In this document: piece by piece, positions 28,150 to 38,192 of the stretch | Layout of the letters: each line of letters starts with the position of its first letter | Numbering within the stretch: the first letter of the stretch is position 1 | From: an uncultured Candidatus Actinomarina sp. | Lineage (GTDB): Bacteria; Actinomycetota; Acidimicrobiia; Actinomarinales; Actinomarinaceae | NCBI GenBank assembly: GCA_902510055.1 | Contig: CABWZY010000004.1 | Span: 16,365 to 80,364 of the forward strand | Reading direction: 5' to 3' | DNA length: 64,000 nt | Notes under the pieces: generated by a model | Seen by the model: only the letters and a program-made list of their open reading frames with translations | Database searches by the model: none | What the model was told of the DNA's origin: nothing | Program-made: the position numbers and the translations under genes

Positions 28150-28732
28150 TGTGAGTTATCTTTTTTTTGGCTACATTCTTTTTCATGCTAGTACCTTTTT
28201 CCTCTATTCCGGCAGTAATAAAGCCTAATATCTTATAATTTTCGGGGATTGTAATTAAAGATTTTATATCATTAGTTTTCATATTGTGAGATCCAAGAAA
28301 ACCACTTTTTAAGCCTATTTCCTCAATCAACAGCATACAGTTCATCATTGCTGCTCCTGCATCTACATACCAGTAAGGAGTATCCCAGCTTGAAGAATTT
28401 GTTGAGCCTTCCTTGTCCATTAGAGCATATCTTTCATGATATGCTTTTTCATTAACCAAGAGTATGTAGATTGATAGAGATTTAGATATCCACTTATCAA
28501 AACCTTTTTCGACATAAGTTTCTTCATTTGATAATTTAGCAAGTTCTAAAATATTTTCTTTTTTTGATACATGTACAATTTCAATACCTCTAGCAAAACC
28601 TGCAGTCGGTATTTTGATTGCGTACTCAGCTACTTTTTTTAATCCTGAGTACTCTTCATCACTATGAATATAATTTCTAACTATTCTCCTGTTTGTTAAT
28701 AAATTTTGAAGATAGGTTTCTCCATTGTTCAT
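28130..28732 (-). CDS. Nitroreductase-family flavoprotein
   Basis: 200 aa. The N-terminal LLTNRRIVRNY (RRSxRxF-like) and overall size fit the nitroreductase fold. Specific function unknown. Confidence 0.6.
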   Translation of the reverse strand: MNNGETYLQNLLTNRRIVRNYIHSDEEYSGLKKVAEYAIKIPTAGFARGIEIVHVSKKENILELAKLSNEETYVEKGFDKWISKSLSIYILLVNEKAYHERYALMDKEGSTNSSSWDTPYWYVDAGAAMMNCMLLIEEIGLKSGFLGSHNMKTNDIKSLITIPENYKILGFITAGIEEKGTSMKKNVAKKKITHNEYFSK

Positions 28733-28734
28733 AG

Positions 28735-29793
28735 TTAGTTATCTAAAATTGTGCTTAATACTGCATCACCAACGTCACTAGTACTCATGCCCATTTTTCC
28801 AGCAGAAAGTGATTTGAGTTTTTGGGCTGTTTTGATTATTCCATTCTCTATGTCTTTTGAATACTGTTCTTCACCAAGCTGTTTAAGCATCATTGATGCT
28901 GCTGCAATACACGCTAGGGGATTGATAACATTCATTCCTGTATATTTAGGAGCAGAACCACCTATAGGTTCAAACATAGACACTCCTTCAGGGTTAATAT
29001 TTCCACCTGCAGCAATACCCATACCACCTTGAATCATTGCACCAAGATCAGTAATAATATCTCCAAACATATTATCAGTAACTATTACATCAAACCATTC
29101 AGGATTTTTTACCATCCACATACAAACAGCATCAACATGCCCATAATCAGTTTCTATGTCGGGATAGTTTTCTGATACATCATTAAAAATTCTTTCCCAT
29201 AGATCATGTGCGTAAGTTAATACGTTTGTTTTTGCACAAAGAGTTACTTTTTTTCTATTATTTTGTTTTGCGTACTCAAATGCGTAAACAATGCATCTAT
29301 TAATTGCTTTCCAAGTATTTATTGATTCTTGAGTAGCAACTTCATTTTCTGTTCCATAGTGAATGTAGCCACCAGCTCCAGCATAAAGACCTTCAGTATT
29401 TTCTCTCACAACTGTAAAATTTATATCTTCAGGACCTTTGTTTGCTAATGGTGTCTCTACACCAGGATATAAAACTACTGGACGAAGGTTAATATATTGA
29501 TCAAATTCTTTTCTTAAATTAAGTAAAATACCTTGTTCTAAGATTCCAGGCTTAACGTCTGGGTGTCCTATTGCTCCAAGAAGTATTGCGTCACTATTTC
29601 CTAATTCTTCAAGATCTTTATGTGTAACAAGCTCATTTGACTTTAAGTATCTGTCTCCACCTAGGTCATTATTAGTGAAGTTGAATTCAATATCATAATT
29701 TGATTTAGTTTTTTCAAGTATTTTAACTGCTTCATTTACTACTTCTGGGCCTGTGCCATCACCTGGCAGAAGAGATATGTTATATTTTGTCAT
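28735..29793 (-). CDS. leuB: 3-isopropylmalate dehydrogenase
   Basis: 352 aa with [19 protein letters not shown] and [12 protein letters not shown]...[10 protein letters not shown], the isocitrate/isopropylmalate dehydrogenase signatures. It is adjacent to leuA. Confidence 0.9.
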   Translation of the reverse strand: MTKYNISLLPGDGTGPEVVNEAVKILEKTKSNYDIEFNFTNNDLGGDRYLKSNELVTHKDLEELGNSDAILLGAIGHPDVKPGILEQGILLNLRKEFDQYINLRPVVLYPGVETPLANKGPEDINFTVVRENTEGLYAGAGGYIHYGTENEVATQESINTWKAINRCIVYAFEYAKQNNRKKVTLCAKTNVLTYAHDLWERIFNDVSENYPDIETDYGHVDAVCMWMVKNPEWFDVIVTDNMFGDIITDLGAMIQGGMGIAAGGNINPEGVSMFEPIGGSAPKYTGMNVINPLACIAAASMMLKQLGEEQYSKDIENGIIKTAQKLKSLSAGKMGMSTSDVGDAVLSTILDN

Positions 29794-29795
29794 TT

Positions 29796-31286
29796 TTATT
29801 TATTAAGAGCATTTAGGAAAGATTCTACAGAACCTTGCACAACGTCAGTTGAGACTGCTCTTCCTTGCTTTAAGTTATGTCCATCATTGATGATAGTAAC
29901 AATTTCTGCTGTAGCATCCGAGCCTTTGGTAATACTATCAACTTTATAATCAATTAATTTAGCATCTGAATTCAAGATTTGTTTAACGGCAGTAAAAGCT
30001 GCATCAATCATTCCGTCTCCTTCAGCGCTTTTAGTTTTTTCAACACCTTTAACATCAAGAGTTACGGTTGCTGAAGCGTAGGCATCCTTACTATTTACAG
30101 AGACGGAGATTAATTTAACAGGAGCACCATGTGTTGATACTTGTCCAACAATTGCAAGTAGCTCATTTTCAACAATTTCACCTTTTCTGTCTGCCAATTT
30201 TTTAAATGTTTCAAAGCTAGAGTTGAATGATTCTTCATCAAGTTCTATTTTTAACTTGTCTAATGCATCTTTAAACCCTGCTCTTCCAGAGTGTTTACCT
30301 AAAATAATTTTTGCTTCTTGCCCTACTGAGTCAGGGGTCATAATCTCATAAGTCATTGTATTTCTGAGGTATCCATGTTGATGTATTCCAGACTCGTGAC
30401 TAAATGCATTTTTTCCAACAACAGCTTTATTATATTGAACTGGATATCCTGTTAGTTTAGAAACAAGTCTAGATGTTTCAAGTATTTCTGTTGTCTCTGC
30501 TTTGATATCAACACCATATTGATCCTGTCTTGTTTTCACAGCCATAATGATTTCTTCAGTAGAAGTATTTCCAGCTCTTTCACCTATTCCATTAATAGCG
30601 CCTTCTATTTGTCTAGCACCAGCGGTAATTGCAGTTAGGGAGTTCGCAACTGCTAACCCTAAATCATTATGACAATGTGTAGAAATTATAATATCTTCGT
30701 TTTTACCTTTCACCTCTTCGTAGACCCCTGTAAGAAGTTCAAGATAATCGGAAGGTGTTGCATACCCTACAGTGTCTGGTACGTTAATTGTTGTAGCACC
30801 TTCTTCGACAGCTACTTTTAATATTTCAATTAAAAAATCTTTATCTGTCCTAGTTGCATCTTGTGCAGAAAATTCAACATTATCACAAAGTTTTTTTGCA
30901 TACTTAACTGATTCTCTTGCATCTTCAAGTACTTCTTCTTTAGTTTTTCTAAGCATATGTTCCATATGTATATCTGAAGTAGAGGTAAACACATGGATTC
31001 TAGAATTATTTGCAACTTTAATAGCTTCCCAAGCTTGATCTATATCATCTGCTACACACCTAGCTAAAGAAGCTATTGTTGAATTTTTAATATTTTTAGC
31101 AATTAGATTAACACCTTCCCAATCTCCAGGAGATGAAGCAGCAAAACCAGCTTCAATAACATCAACTTTTAATTTCTCTAATTGCTGAGCTATTAAAAGT
31201 TTTTCAGTAGGTGTAAGAGCTATACCAGGGCTTTGCTCACCATCCCTTAATGTCGTATCAAAAATTATTAGTTGATCTGAGCTCAT
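29796..31286 (-). CDS. leuA: 2-isopropylmalate synthase (about 500-aa bacterial type)
   Basis: [15 protein letters not shown] and [13 protein letters not shown] match the LeuA catalytic signatures, and a C-terminal LeuA-dimer regulatory domain is present. A citramalate synthase paralogue cannot be excluded by eye. Confidence 0.85.
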   Translation of the reverse strand: MSSDQLIIFDTTLRDGEQSPGIALTPTEKLLIAQQLEKLKVDVIEAGFAASSPGDWEGVNLIAKNIKNSTIASLARCVADDIDQAWEAIKVANNSRIHVFTSTSDIHMEHMLRKTKEEVLEDARESVKYAKKLCDNVEFSAQDATRTDKDFLIEILKVAVEEGATTINVPDTVGYATPSDYLELLTGVYEEVKGKNEDIIISTHCHNDLGLAVANSLTAITAGARQIEGAINGIGERAGNTSTEEIIMAVKTRQDQYGVDIKAETTEILETSRLVSKLTGYPVQYNKAVVGKNAFSHESGIHQHGYLRNTMTYEIMTPDSVGQEAKIILGKHSGRAGFKDALDKLKIELDEESFNSSFETFKKLADRKGEIVENELLAIVGQVSTHGAPVKLISVSVNSKDAYASATVTLDVKGVEKTKSAEGDGMIDAAFTAVKQILNSDAKLIDYKVDSITKGSDATAEIVTIINDGHNLKQGRAVSTDVVQGSVESFLNALNK

Positions 31287-32299
31287 ATATCTTTTTTAAT
31301 ATCCTTTGCATTCAAGAAAGGCATCATTTGTCTTAATTGTTTCCCAATGTCCTCAAGCTGGTGTTTAGAAGCTTCTTCTCTTTTTTGGTTAAGGAAAGGG
31401 GCACCTTCTCTTGCTTGTGACATCCACTCTTTAGCAAATGCACCAGATTGTATTTCATCAAGAACTTTTTTCATTTCTTTTTTTGTTTCACTAGTGATTA
31501 TTCTTGATCCTCTTGAGAAGTCTCCATATTCTGCAGTATCAGAAATAGAGTGCCTCATCCACTCAAACCCGCCTTCATACATTAGGTCAACTATTAGTTT
31601 TACTTCGTGTAAAGTTTCAAAATAAGCACTTTCTGGTTGGTACCCTGCCTCAACTAAAGTTTCAAATCCGTTTCTAATGAGTTCTGTTAATCCTCCACAT
31701 AATACGACTTGTTCACCAAATAAATCGGTTTCAGTTTCTTCTTTAAATGTCGTCTTCAAAATACCTGCTCTACCCCCACCAATAGCAGACGAGTAGGAGA
31801 GTGCTACATCAAAAGTATTTCCCGATACATCTTTTTCTACTGCAACTAGACACGGCATTCCAGAACCTTCTTCATATGTTCTCCTTAATAAATGACCAGG
31901 ACCCTTCGGTGCAACCATACCTATAGAGATATCTTCACGAGGAATTATTTCTTCAAAATGTATATTAAATCCATGTGCAAAAAGTAAAGTAGAGCTATCT
32001 TTCATATGAGGCGCAATATCGCTATTGTATACATCTGCCATAAGTTGGTCAGGTAATAGAAGCATCACTACATCTGCATCAGTGGTTGCGTCTTTTATAT
32101 TTGCAACTTTTAATCCCATTTCGGATGCTCTCTTAAATGATTCTGAAGATTCTCTTAATCCAACAGTTACATCTACTCCTGACTCATGTAGATTAAGTGC
32201 ATGAGCATGGCCTTGACTACCAAAGCCAATAACACTAACTTTCTTTGATTTAATTAAATCCTTATCTATTGAGTCGTCATATATAATTTTAGTTTCCAT
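31283..32299 (-). CDS. ilvC: Ketol-acid reductoisomerase (class I)
   Basis: 338 aa with [13 protein letters not shown], and LFGEQ and TAEYG regions typical of KARI. Confidence 0.95.
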   Translation of the reverse strand: METKIIYDDSIDKDLIKSKKVSVIGFGSQGHAHALNLHESGVDVTVGLRESSESFKRASEMGLKVANIKDATTDADVVMLLLPDQLMADVYNSDIAPHMKDSSTLLFAHGFNIHFEEIIPREDISIGMVAPKGPGHLLRRTYEEGSGMPCLVAVEKDVSGNTFDVALSYSSAIGGGRAGILKTTFKEETETDLFGEQVVLCGGLTELIRNGFETLVEAGYQPESAYFETLHEVKLIVDLMYEGGFEWMRHSISDTAEYGDFSRGSRIITSETKKEMKKVLDEIQSGAFAKEWMSQAREGAPFLNQKREEASKHQLEDIGKQLRQMMPFLNAKDIKKDI

Positions 32300-32307
32300 T
32301 TACCCTC

Positions 32308-32781
32308 CTAAAGTTTTGTTTGGATAGCAATTCTTCCACCCCTAATCATTTCAATAATTCCATATGGCTTTAAAAGTTTTTCAAATTTTATTAATTCTTT
32401 GGATGTTCCTGTTAATTCAAATACTGCATAATCTTGCCCTACATCTACTGACTTAGCTCCTGATAAATTGGCTTTTTCAATAACTGAGGTTTGAGTTTCT
32501 TTATTAATAGATACTTTCATAAGTAGAACCTCTGACTCTATTGTATTGTCGGGATCCAGTTCCACGATTTTAATTACGTTTACTAGTTTATTTAATTGTT
32601 TCTTAACTTGCTCAACTGACTCAAGCTCTGTGACTATTGTCATTTTCGACCTACCCTCTATGTTCGTTGGCCCTACAGATAAAGAATTAATATTAAAGCC
32701 TCTTCGAGAAATAGTTAAAGCAACCCTAGCTAATACACCTGGTTTATCTTCAACTAATACACTTAGGATTCTTTCACTCAT
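32308..32781 (-). CDS. ilvN: Acetolactate synthase small (regulatory) subunit
   Basis: 157 aa. The N-terminal ACT domain begins ILSVLVEDKPGVLARV...RRGFNI.SL, and the gene is coupled to ilvB. Confidence 0.9.
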   Translation of the reverse strand: MSERILSVLVEDKPGVLARVALTISRRGFNINSLSVGPTNIEGRSKMTIVTELESVEQVKKQLNKLVNVIKIVELDPDNTIESEVLLMKVSINKETQTSVIEKANLSGAKSVDVGQDYAVFELTGTSKELIKFEKLLKPYGIIEMIRGGRIAIQTKL

Positions 32782-34490
32782 ATGTTCTTTAAATCATCCT
32801 CATTTAAAATTACCTCATCGTTACTTCCGCCGGCTTTAACCATTGGGAATACCATATCATCAGGGTCAACAACACAATCAACCAAAACTGGTCTATCGTT
32901 AGTTTTAAACATTTCCTCAAAAACTCTCTTAACATCAGATTTTTCGACCATTCTTAGCCCAACAGCCCCCATTGCTTCAGCAAGTGCAACATAGTCAGGT
33001 GTATGGTGTGTTAGTTCTGAAGCTGAAAATCTATGATTGTAAAATATTTTTTGCCACTGTCTTACCATTCCATGATTCCCATTGTTAAAAACTACAATTT
33101 TTAATGGAATATTTTCAGTTGAAGCTGTTATTAATTCTTGACATGTCATTTGGAAACAACCGTCTCCATCTAATGCAAGTATCTGCTTATCAGGGAAAGC
33201 TGCTTTTGCACCAATAGCGGCAGGAAGAGCGTACCCCATAGTGCCTAATCCGCCTGAATTTAACCAGGTATTAGGAGATGTAAATTTCCAATGTAATGAT
33301 ATCCACATTTGATGTTGTCCAACTCCTGAGACTACAACAGAGTCTTCTTCTGACATTTTTTGGAGTTCTTCCAAAACATATGGGACTTTCAAAGGACCTT
33401 TTTCTTCTTGGTTATAATTTAATGGATAGCTTTCTTTCATATCCTTTATTTCGCTTAGCCAATCATTTGTATCTATTTTTGCTTCTCCTAATTTTTCTAT
33501 TAAACCATTAATAACACTTTTAGCATCTCCCACAATAGGAACTTCTGGTTCACGAACTTTACCTATCTCTGCTGGATCAATATCTGCATGAATTACTTTA
33601 GCTTTCTGTGCAAAGAATTTTGGATTTGCTGTTACTCTATCATCAAATCTTACTCCTAACGCAATTAGTAGATCTGATTTTTGAATTGATGTAGTTGCTG
33701 TATAATTTCCATGCATACCAGGCATTCCTATACATAATTCATTTCCATCAGGAAATGCCCCTCTACCCATTAAAGTTGTAACAACTGGGATGTTATATTT
33801 TGTAGATAATTCAAATAATTCCTTATTAGCTTTTGAATGAATTATTCCACCACCTACATAGAGGATTGGTTTTTTTGCATTTTTAATTAAATCAACTGCT
33901 TGTTGTATCATTTTTGGATTTGCTTCAAGAGTTGGTTTGTATCCAGGCAAATCTTCTAACTTCGGCTCAGCCCAGTCAGCTTTTTCATTTAAAATATCTT
34001 TTGGAATATCTACTAACACAGGACCAGGCCTTCCTGTTGTAGCAATATGTTTTGCTTCAAGAAGAACTTGCGGGATTTCTTCAGCATTAGTAATTAAATA
34101 ATTATGTTTAGTTGCTGAAATTGTTAAACCTACTGTGTATGCCTCTTGGAAAGCATCGTTACCTATAAAATCTGATGCAACTTGACCTGTAATTGCTAAT
34201 AAGGGGGTTGAATCCATTAATGCATTATTTAGAGAAGTTATTAGATTAGTAGCACCAGGTCCTGAAGTAGCTATAACTACACCTACATCACCTGTTGCTT
34301 GTGCGTAGCCTTCAGCCATATGACCAGCACCTTGTTCATGTCTTGCCAAGATATGTCTTATAGGACTGTCATATAAAGGATCATAAGCAGGTAAAATTGC
34401 ACCTCCTGGAACCCCAAAAACAGTAGAAACATTTAAATGCTCAAGTGTTCTTACTATAAGTTCGGCACCCGATAACTTTTCTTTTGTCAT
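32778..34490 (-). CDS. ilvB: Acetolactate synthase large subunit (ThDP-dependent)
   Basis: GAELIV...GVPGGAILP and the ThDP motif GDGCFQM...NNGNHGMV are present. I call the start at ATG 34490, which has a GAGGG Shine-Dalgarno at 34500-34496. The ORF-track TTG at 34502 lies inside the U-tract/SD. Confidence 0.9.
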   Translation of the reverse strand: MTKEKLSGAELIVRTLEHLNVSTVFGVPGGAILPAYDPLYDSPIRHILARHEQGAGHMAEGYAQATGDVGVVIATSGPGATNLITSLNNALMDSTPLLAITGQVASDFIGNDAFQEAYTVGLTISATKHNYLITNAEEIPQVLLEAKHIATTGRPGPVLVDIPKDILNEKADWAEPKLEDLPGYKPTLEANPKMIQQAVDLIKNAKKPILYVGGGIIHSKANKELFELSTKYNIPVVTTLMGRGAFPDGNELCIGMPGMHGNYTATTSIQKSDLLIALGVRFDDRVTANPKFFAQKAKVIHADIDPAEIGKVREPEVPIVGDAKSVINGLIEKLGEAKIDTNDWLSEIKDMKESYPLNYNQEEKGPLKVPYVLEELQKMSEEDSVVVSGVGQHQMWISLHWKFTSPNTWLNSGGLGTMGYALPAAIGAKAAFPDKQILALDGDGCFQMTCQELITASTENIPLKIVVFNNGNHGMVRQWQKIFYNHRFSASELTHHTPDYVALAEAMGAVGLRMVEKSDVKRVFEEMFKTNDRPVLVDCVVDPDDMVFPMVKAGGSNDEVILNEDDLKNI

Positions 34491-34500
34491 ATTTACCCTC

Positions 34501-34529
34501 AAAAAAAAACCTCCCTAATTTTGGGGAGG
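34501..34529 (-). terminator. Intrinsic terminator acting as the ilvB attenuator
   Basis: The minus-strand RNA is CCUCCC-CAAAAUUA-GGGAGG followed by U9. It ends 1 nt before the ilvB SD and lies downstream of the leader ORF. Confidence 0.7.
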
Positions 34530-34552
34530 CGCTCAATACATATCAGAGAGCG

Positions 34553-34603
34553 CTACATAAGCACTAGCACTAATAAAGTAATCAAGATTTGTGTTCTTTT
34601 CAT
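34553..34603 (-). CDS. Branched-chain amino acid leader peptide (16 aa, MKRTQILITLLVLVLM)
   Basis: ATG AAA AGA ACA CAA ATC TTG ATT ACT TTA TTA GTG CTA GTG CTT ATG TAG read directly from the minus strand. It has 9 I/L/V codons in a 10-codon run. Its stop codon overlaps the first stem of the downstream hairpins. Confidence 0.6.
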   Translation of the reverse strand: MKRTQILITLLVLVLM

Positions 34604-34621
34604 TAGACTTAACTATAGTAA

Positions 34622-35725
34622 ATGCTGATAAAAATGGAAGATATAAATTTATTAAATTATTTATCTCAAAATAATATAGAAGTTCCTGATGGGATAAGTT
34701 TATCTGTTGTTAATCTTCCCTCAAACCTAGATAAATCACTTCAGATTGAGAAGGCAAAAGAGGAAAATAGACATGCAAATATGAAATTTACTTTCTCTGA
34801 TCCTACTTATTCAGGATTGGGAGATAAATTTGTATGGGCTCAATCATGTATTATTATTTCCTACTCGTATTTAAAGCAAAATAATTTTAATTTGGGTTAT
34901 TCTCCAGGTGAAGGGTCTATAGCTAGATTTGCAAAAGAAGATTATTATGTTCCTTTAAAAAAATTTATTACTTTAATTAAAGATCATTTTAAAAATAAGA
35001 ATTTAAGAACAGCACAGTTTATTGATAACCCAAAACATTATGACCGTTTATTTTTTGAACAAGCTGGTTTAGGTTGGCAAGGTAAGAGTACAATGATGCT
35101 TTCTCCTGGTACTGGGCCATGGCAATTAATCGGCAATATATATGTTGAAAAAAAATTTAAACTCGAAAAGAAGAAAAACTACTCATGTGGCAGTTGCAAT
35201 CTTTGTCAAATTTCTTGTCCCACAGGTGCATTAGATGAAGATTATGTTTTAGATTCAAAAAAGTGCATTTCTTATTGGCTACAGTCTCCAGATATTATTC
35301 CCCATGAAATGAGGGAAAGATTAGGTAATCGATTCTATGGTTGTGACGAGTGTCTTATTTCGTGTCCTCCAGGACAGGATAAAAAAATTAATATCAGTAG
35401 TAATTCTTCAGTCGATTTAATTGAAATATTAAATACTGAAAGTGAAGAATTGGTTGAGAAATATAATTGGTTTTATATTCCAAAGAGAGATGGAGATTTC
35501 TTAAAAAGAAATGCAATAATAGCTTTAGCAAATAATCCATCAAAAAACAGTAAAGATATTTTTTTAAAATTATTAAATTCTGATTCTGATTTGATTCGAT
35601 TTTATTGTATTTGGGCCTTGTGGAAGATAGGAGAGTTTTATTTATTACATAAATATCTAGATATTGACAATGAGGAAAGTAATTTAGTCTTAAATGAGTA
35701 TCAAAGATTAAATGAAATGATTTAG
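34622..35725 (+). CDS. queG: Epoxyqueuosine reductase
   Basis: 367 aa with two ferredoxin-type clusters (CGSCNLCQISCPTGAL and CDECLISCPP). It has the GLGWQGK motif and a C-terminal HEAT-like repeat. Confidence 0.8.
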   Translation: MLIKMEDINLLNYLSQNNIEVPDGISLSVVNLPSNLDKSLQIEKAKEENRHANMKFTFSDPTYSGLGDKFVWAQSCIIISYSYLKQNNFNLGYSPGEGSIARFAKEDYYVPLKKFITLIKDHFKNKNLRTAQFIDNPKHYDRLFFEQAGLGWQGKSTMMLSPGTGPWQLIGNIYVEKKFKLEKKKNYSCGSCNLCQISCPTGALDEDYVLDSKKCISYWLQSPDIIPHEMRERLGNRFYGCDECLISCPPGQDKKINISSNSSVDLIEILNTESEELVEKYNWFYIPKRDGDFLKRNAIIALANNPSKNSKDIFLKLLNSDSDLIRFYCIWALWKIGEFYLLHKYLDIDNEESNLVLNEYQRLNEMI

Positions 35726-35751
35726 TCAGGTAAATAATCTATCCTTAATCT

Positions 35752-37413
35752 ATGGCTAAATTTTCTGATGATGTAACTCAAGGAGTAGAAAAGTCTGCAG
35801 CTCGTGCAATGTTAAGAGCAGTAGGTCTTAAGGATGAAGATTTTCAAAAGTTTCAAGTAGGTATTGTTTCTGCTGGTAATGAGGTTACACCATGTAATTT
35901 GACTGGACCAGAGCTCTCTGAGCATGCAAAAGAAGGAGTTAATGGTGAAGATTCAGCTGGATTGATTTTTTCTACAATAGCTGTTTCAGATGGAATATCA
36001 ATGGGTCATGAAGGAATGAGAGCTTCTTTAGTATCAAGAGAAGTTATTGCAGATTCAGTAGAGCTAGTTATGCATGCAGAAAGATTCGATGGAATGGTAA
36101 CAATAGCCGGGTGTGATAAATCTTTACCAGGAATGCTTATGGCATCAGCACGTATCAACAGACCATCTATATTTCTTTATGGTGGAAGTAGTTTGCCTGG
36201 AGAATATAAAGGCAAAGATATATCTATAGTTGATGTTTTTGAAGGTATAGGGGCACTAGAAAAAGGTTTGATTTCTAAAGAAGAACTTTATGAAATAGAG
36301 TGTGCTGCATGCCCAGGTCAAGGATCCTGTGCGGGGATGTTTACAGCAAATACCATGGCTTCTGTGGGAGAGGCTATAGGAATGAGCCTTCCTGGAACAG
36401 CATCGATACAAGCAGAAGACGAAAGATTAAGAAAGGCAGCAAAAGAAACTGGAAATCAATTAAATTATTTATTAAAAAATGATATAAAACCTAGAGACAT
36501 AATGACTATAGAAGCTTTCCATAATGCAATTACAACAGTTTTATCTCTTGGAGGAAGTACAAATGCAGTATTACATTTACTAGGTATTGCTTATGAAGCG
36601 AGAGTCAATTTAACTATTGATATATTTGATTCACTAGCAAGGAAAGTTCCACATTTGGCTGACATGAAGCCATTTGGAAAATACCACATGGTAGATCTTG
36701 ATAAAATTGGTGGAGTTCCTGTTGTATCAAAAATTTTGCTTGAAAATAAATTAATTAATCCAGATTGTATGACAGTTACAGGAAAAACAGTAGGAGAAAA
36801 TCTTGAAAGTATTGAAATCCCGAAGGATCAAGATGTTGTTTATTTCCCGGAAAATCCTATTTCTGATGAAGGGGGCCTTGCTATATTAAGAGGATCTCTG
36901 TCTCCTAATGGATCTGTCGTAAAAGTTGCTGGTATAGAAATAGATACTTTCAAAGGACCTGCAAATGTCTTCAACAGTGAACAGGAAGCATTAGATGCTT
37001 TGTTTAATAATAAAATCAAAAAAGGTGAGGTTGTTGTAATTAGAAATGAAGGACCAAAAGGTGGACCTGGAATGAGAGAAATGTTACAAATAACTGCTGC
37101 AATGAAAGGTGCTGGACTAGGTAAAGATGTTCTATTAATTACTGATGGGAGATTTTCCGGAGGAACAACGGGCTTATGCATTGGTCATGTTACTCCAGAA
37201 AGTTTTGATAAAGGACCTATAGCAATTTGTCAAAATGGTGATGAAATTAGTTTGGATTTAAAGAAAAGAGAATTAAATCTAAATATAAATAAAGATGAAA
37301 TTGAAAAAAGACTAAAAAACTACTCTAATCCTGAACCAAGATACAAATCAGGAATTTTAAATAAATATTCCAAGTTAGTTACAGGAGCTGACAAGGGAGC
37401 TGTAACAGGCTAG
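35752..37413 (+). CDS. ilvD: Dihydroxy-acid dehydratase
   Basis: 553 aa with [20 protein letters not shown] and [10 protein letters not shown], the IlvD/Edd signatures. Confidence 0.95.
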   Translation: MAKFSDDVTQGVEKSAARAMLRAVGLKDEDFQKFQVGIVSAGNEVTPCNLTGPELSEHAKEGVNGEDSAGLIFSTIAVSDGISMGHEGMRASLVSREVIADSVELVMHAERFDGMVTIAGCDKSLPGMLMASARINRPSIFLYGGSSLPGEYKGKDISIVDVFEGIGALEKGLISKEELYEIECAACPGQGSCAGMFTANTMASVGEAIGMSLPGTASIQAEDERLRKAAKETGNQLNYLLKNDIKPRDIMTIEAFHNAITTVLSLGGSTNAVLHLLGIAYEARVNLTIDIFDSLARKVPHLADMKPFGKYHMVDLDKIGGVPVVSKILLENKLINPDCMTVTGKTVGENLESIEIPKDQDVVYFPENPISDEGGLAILRGSLSPNGSVVKVAGIEIDTFKGPANVFNSEQEALDALFNNKIKKGEVVVIRNEGPKGGPGMREMLQITAAMKGAGLGKDVLLITDGRFSGGTTGLCIGHVTPESFDKGPIAICQNGDEISLDLKKRELNLNINKDEIEKRLKNYSNPEPRYKSGILNKYSKLVTGADKGAVTG

Positions 37414-37421
37414 TTATTTAG

Positions 37422-38192
37422 ATGCTATTTATTTCTGATGTTCATCACGGTTTAGATTCTTTAAAACTTCTTCCAAAGACTAAAGAACCAGTAGTTATAT
37501 TAGGTGATTTAATTAATTGGATTGACTATAGAAACGGGGATGGGATTGCGAAAGATGTCTTTGGTGGTGAAAATTTAAATAAATTAATACAACTTAGAAA
37601 AGATCATAATTTTGATGAAAGAAAAAATTTATGGCAAGAATTATTTGCTAAAGACCCTAAAAGAAAACAGAGAGAGATAGAGGATGCAATTGAACGACAA
37701 TATAAAGAAGTATTTGAGGTATTAAAAGATTATGAAGTATGGATGATCCCAGGCAACGTAGACTCTCTTAAGATATTTGAGTCAGTAAAAACTAATAATG
37801 TGAGTAATGTTGATGGACAGGTTCTTGTATATAAAAATCATAAGATTGGCTTTGCTGGTGGAGGGGTGCCTACTCCTATAAAAGCAAGAGGAGAGATATC
37901 AGAGAAAGACTTTGAAGATAAGTTAAACAAATTAGTTGATGTTGATATCATATGCACACATGCTCCACCCTTAATTGATCACTTAATAATTGATGTAATT
38001 ACAAATAAAAAAGAACAAGGCTGGGGAAGTCTTAAGAAATACATTCTAGCTAATAAACCAAGACTATCTTTATTTGGAGATGTTCACCAACCAAAAGCAA
38101 CTAGATGGATGGTTGGGTCTACTGTATGTATGAATGTAGGATATTTTAGAGCAAATAGCTACTATTTAGAATTATCATCAATAGATATATGA
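37422..38192 (+). CDS. Calcineurin-like metallophosphoesterase
   Basis: 256 aa with the motifs SDVHHG, GDLINW, GNVD, THAPP and GDVH in canonical order. Confidence 0.7.
   Translation: MLFISDVHHGLDSLKLLPKTKEPVVILGDLINWIDYRNGDGIAKDVFGGENLNKLIQLRKDHNFDERKNLWQELFAKDPKRKQREIEDAIERQYKEVFEVLKDYEVWMIPGNVDSLKIFESVKTNNVSNVDGQVLVYKNHKIGFAGGGVPTPIKARGEISEKDFEDKLNKLVDVDIICTHAPPLIDHLIIDVITNKKEQGWGSLKKYILANKPRLSLFGDVHQPKATRWMVGSTVCMNVGYFRANSYYLELSSIDI

Noticed and set aside
26858-28732. The DnaQ-like exonuclease, SpoU methyltransferase and nitroreductase considered as a possible novel defence or modification module.
   Set aside because: Each is a common stand-alone housekeeping family. There are no nuclease/ATPase/sensor hallmarks of defence systems, no compositional anomaly, and the genes are welded into a core biosynthetic array.
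34491-34502. The TTG start for ilvB at 34502 (MRVNMTKEK...).
   Set aside because: The TTG is formed by the last U of the terminator U-tract plus the SD GAGGG. ATG at 34490 with proper SD spacing gives the conserved N-terminus (MTKEKLSGAELIV).
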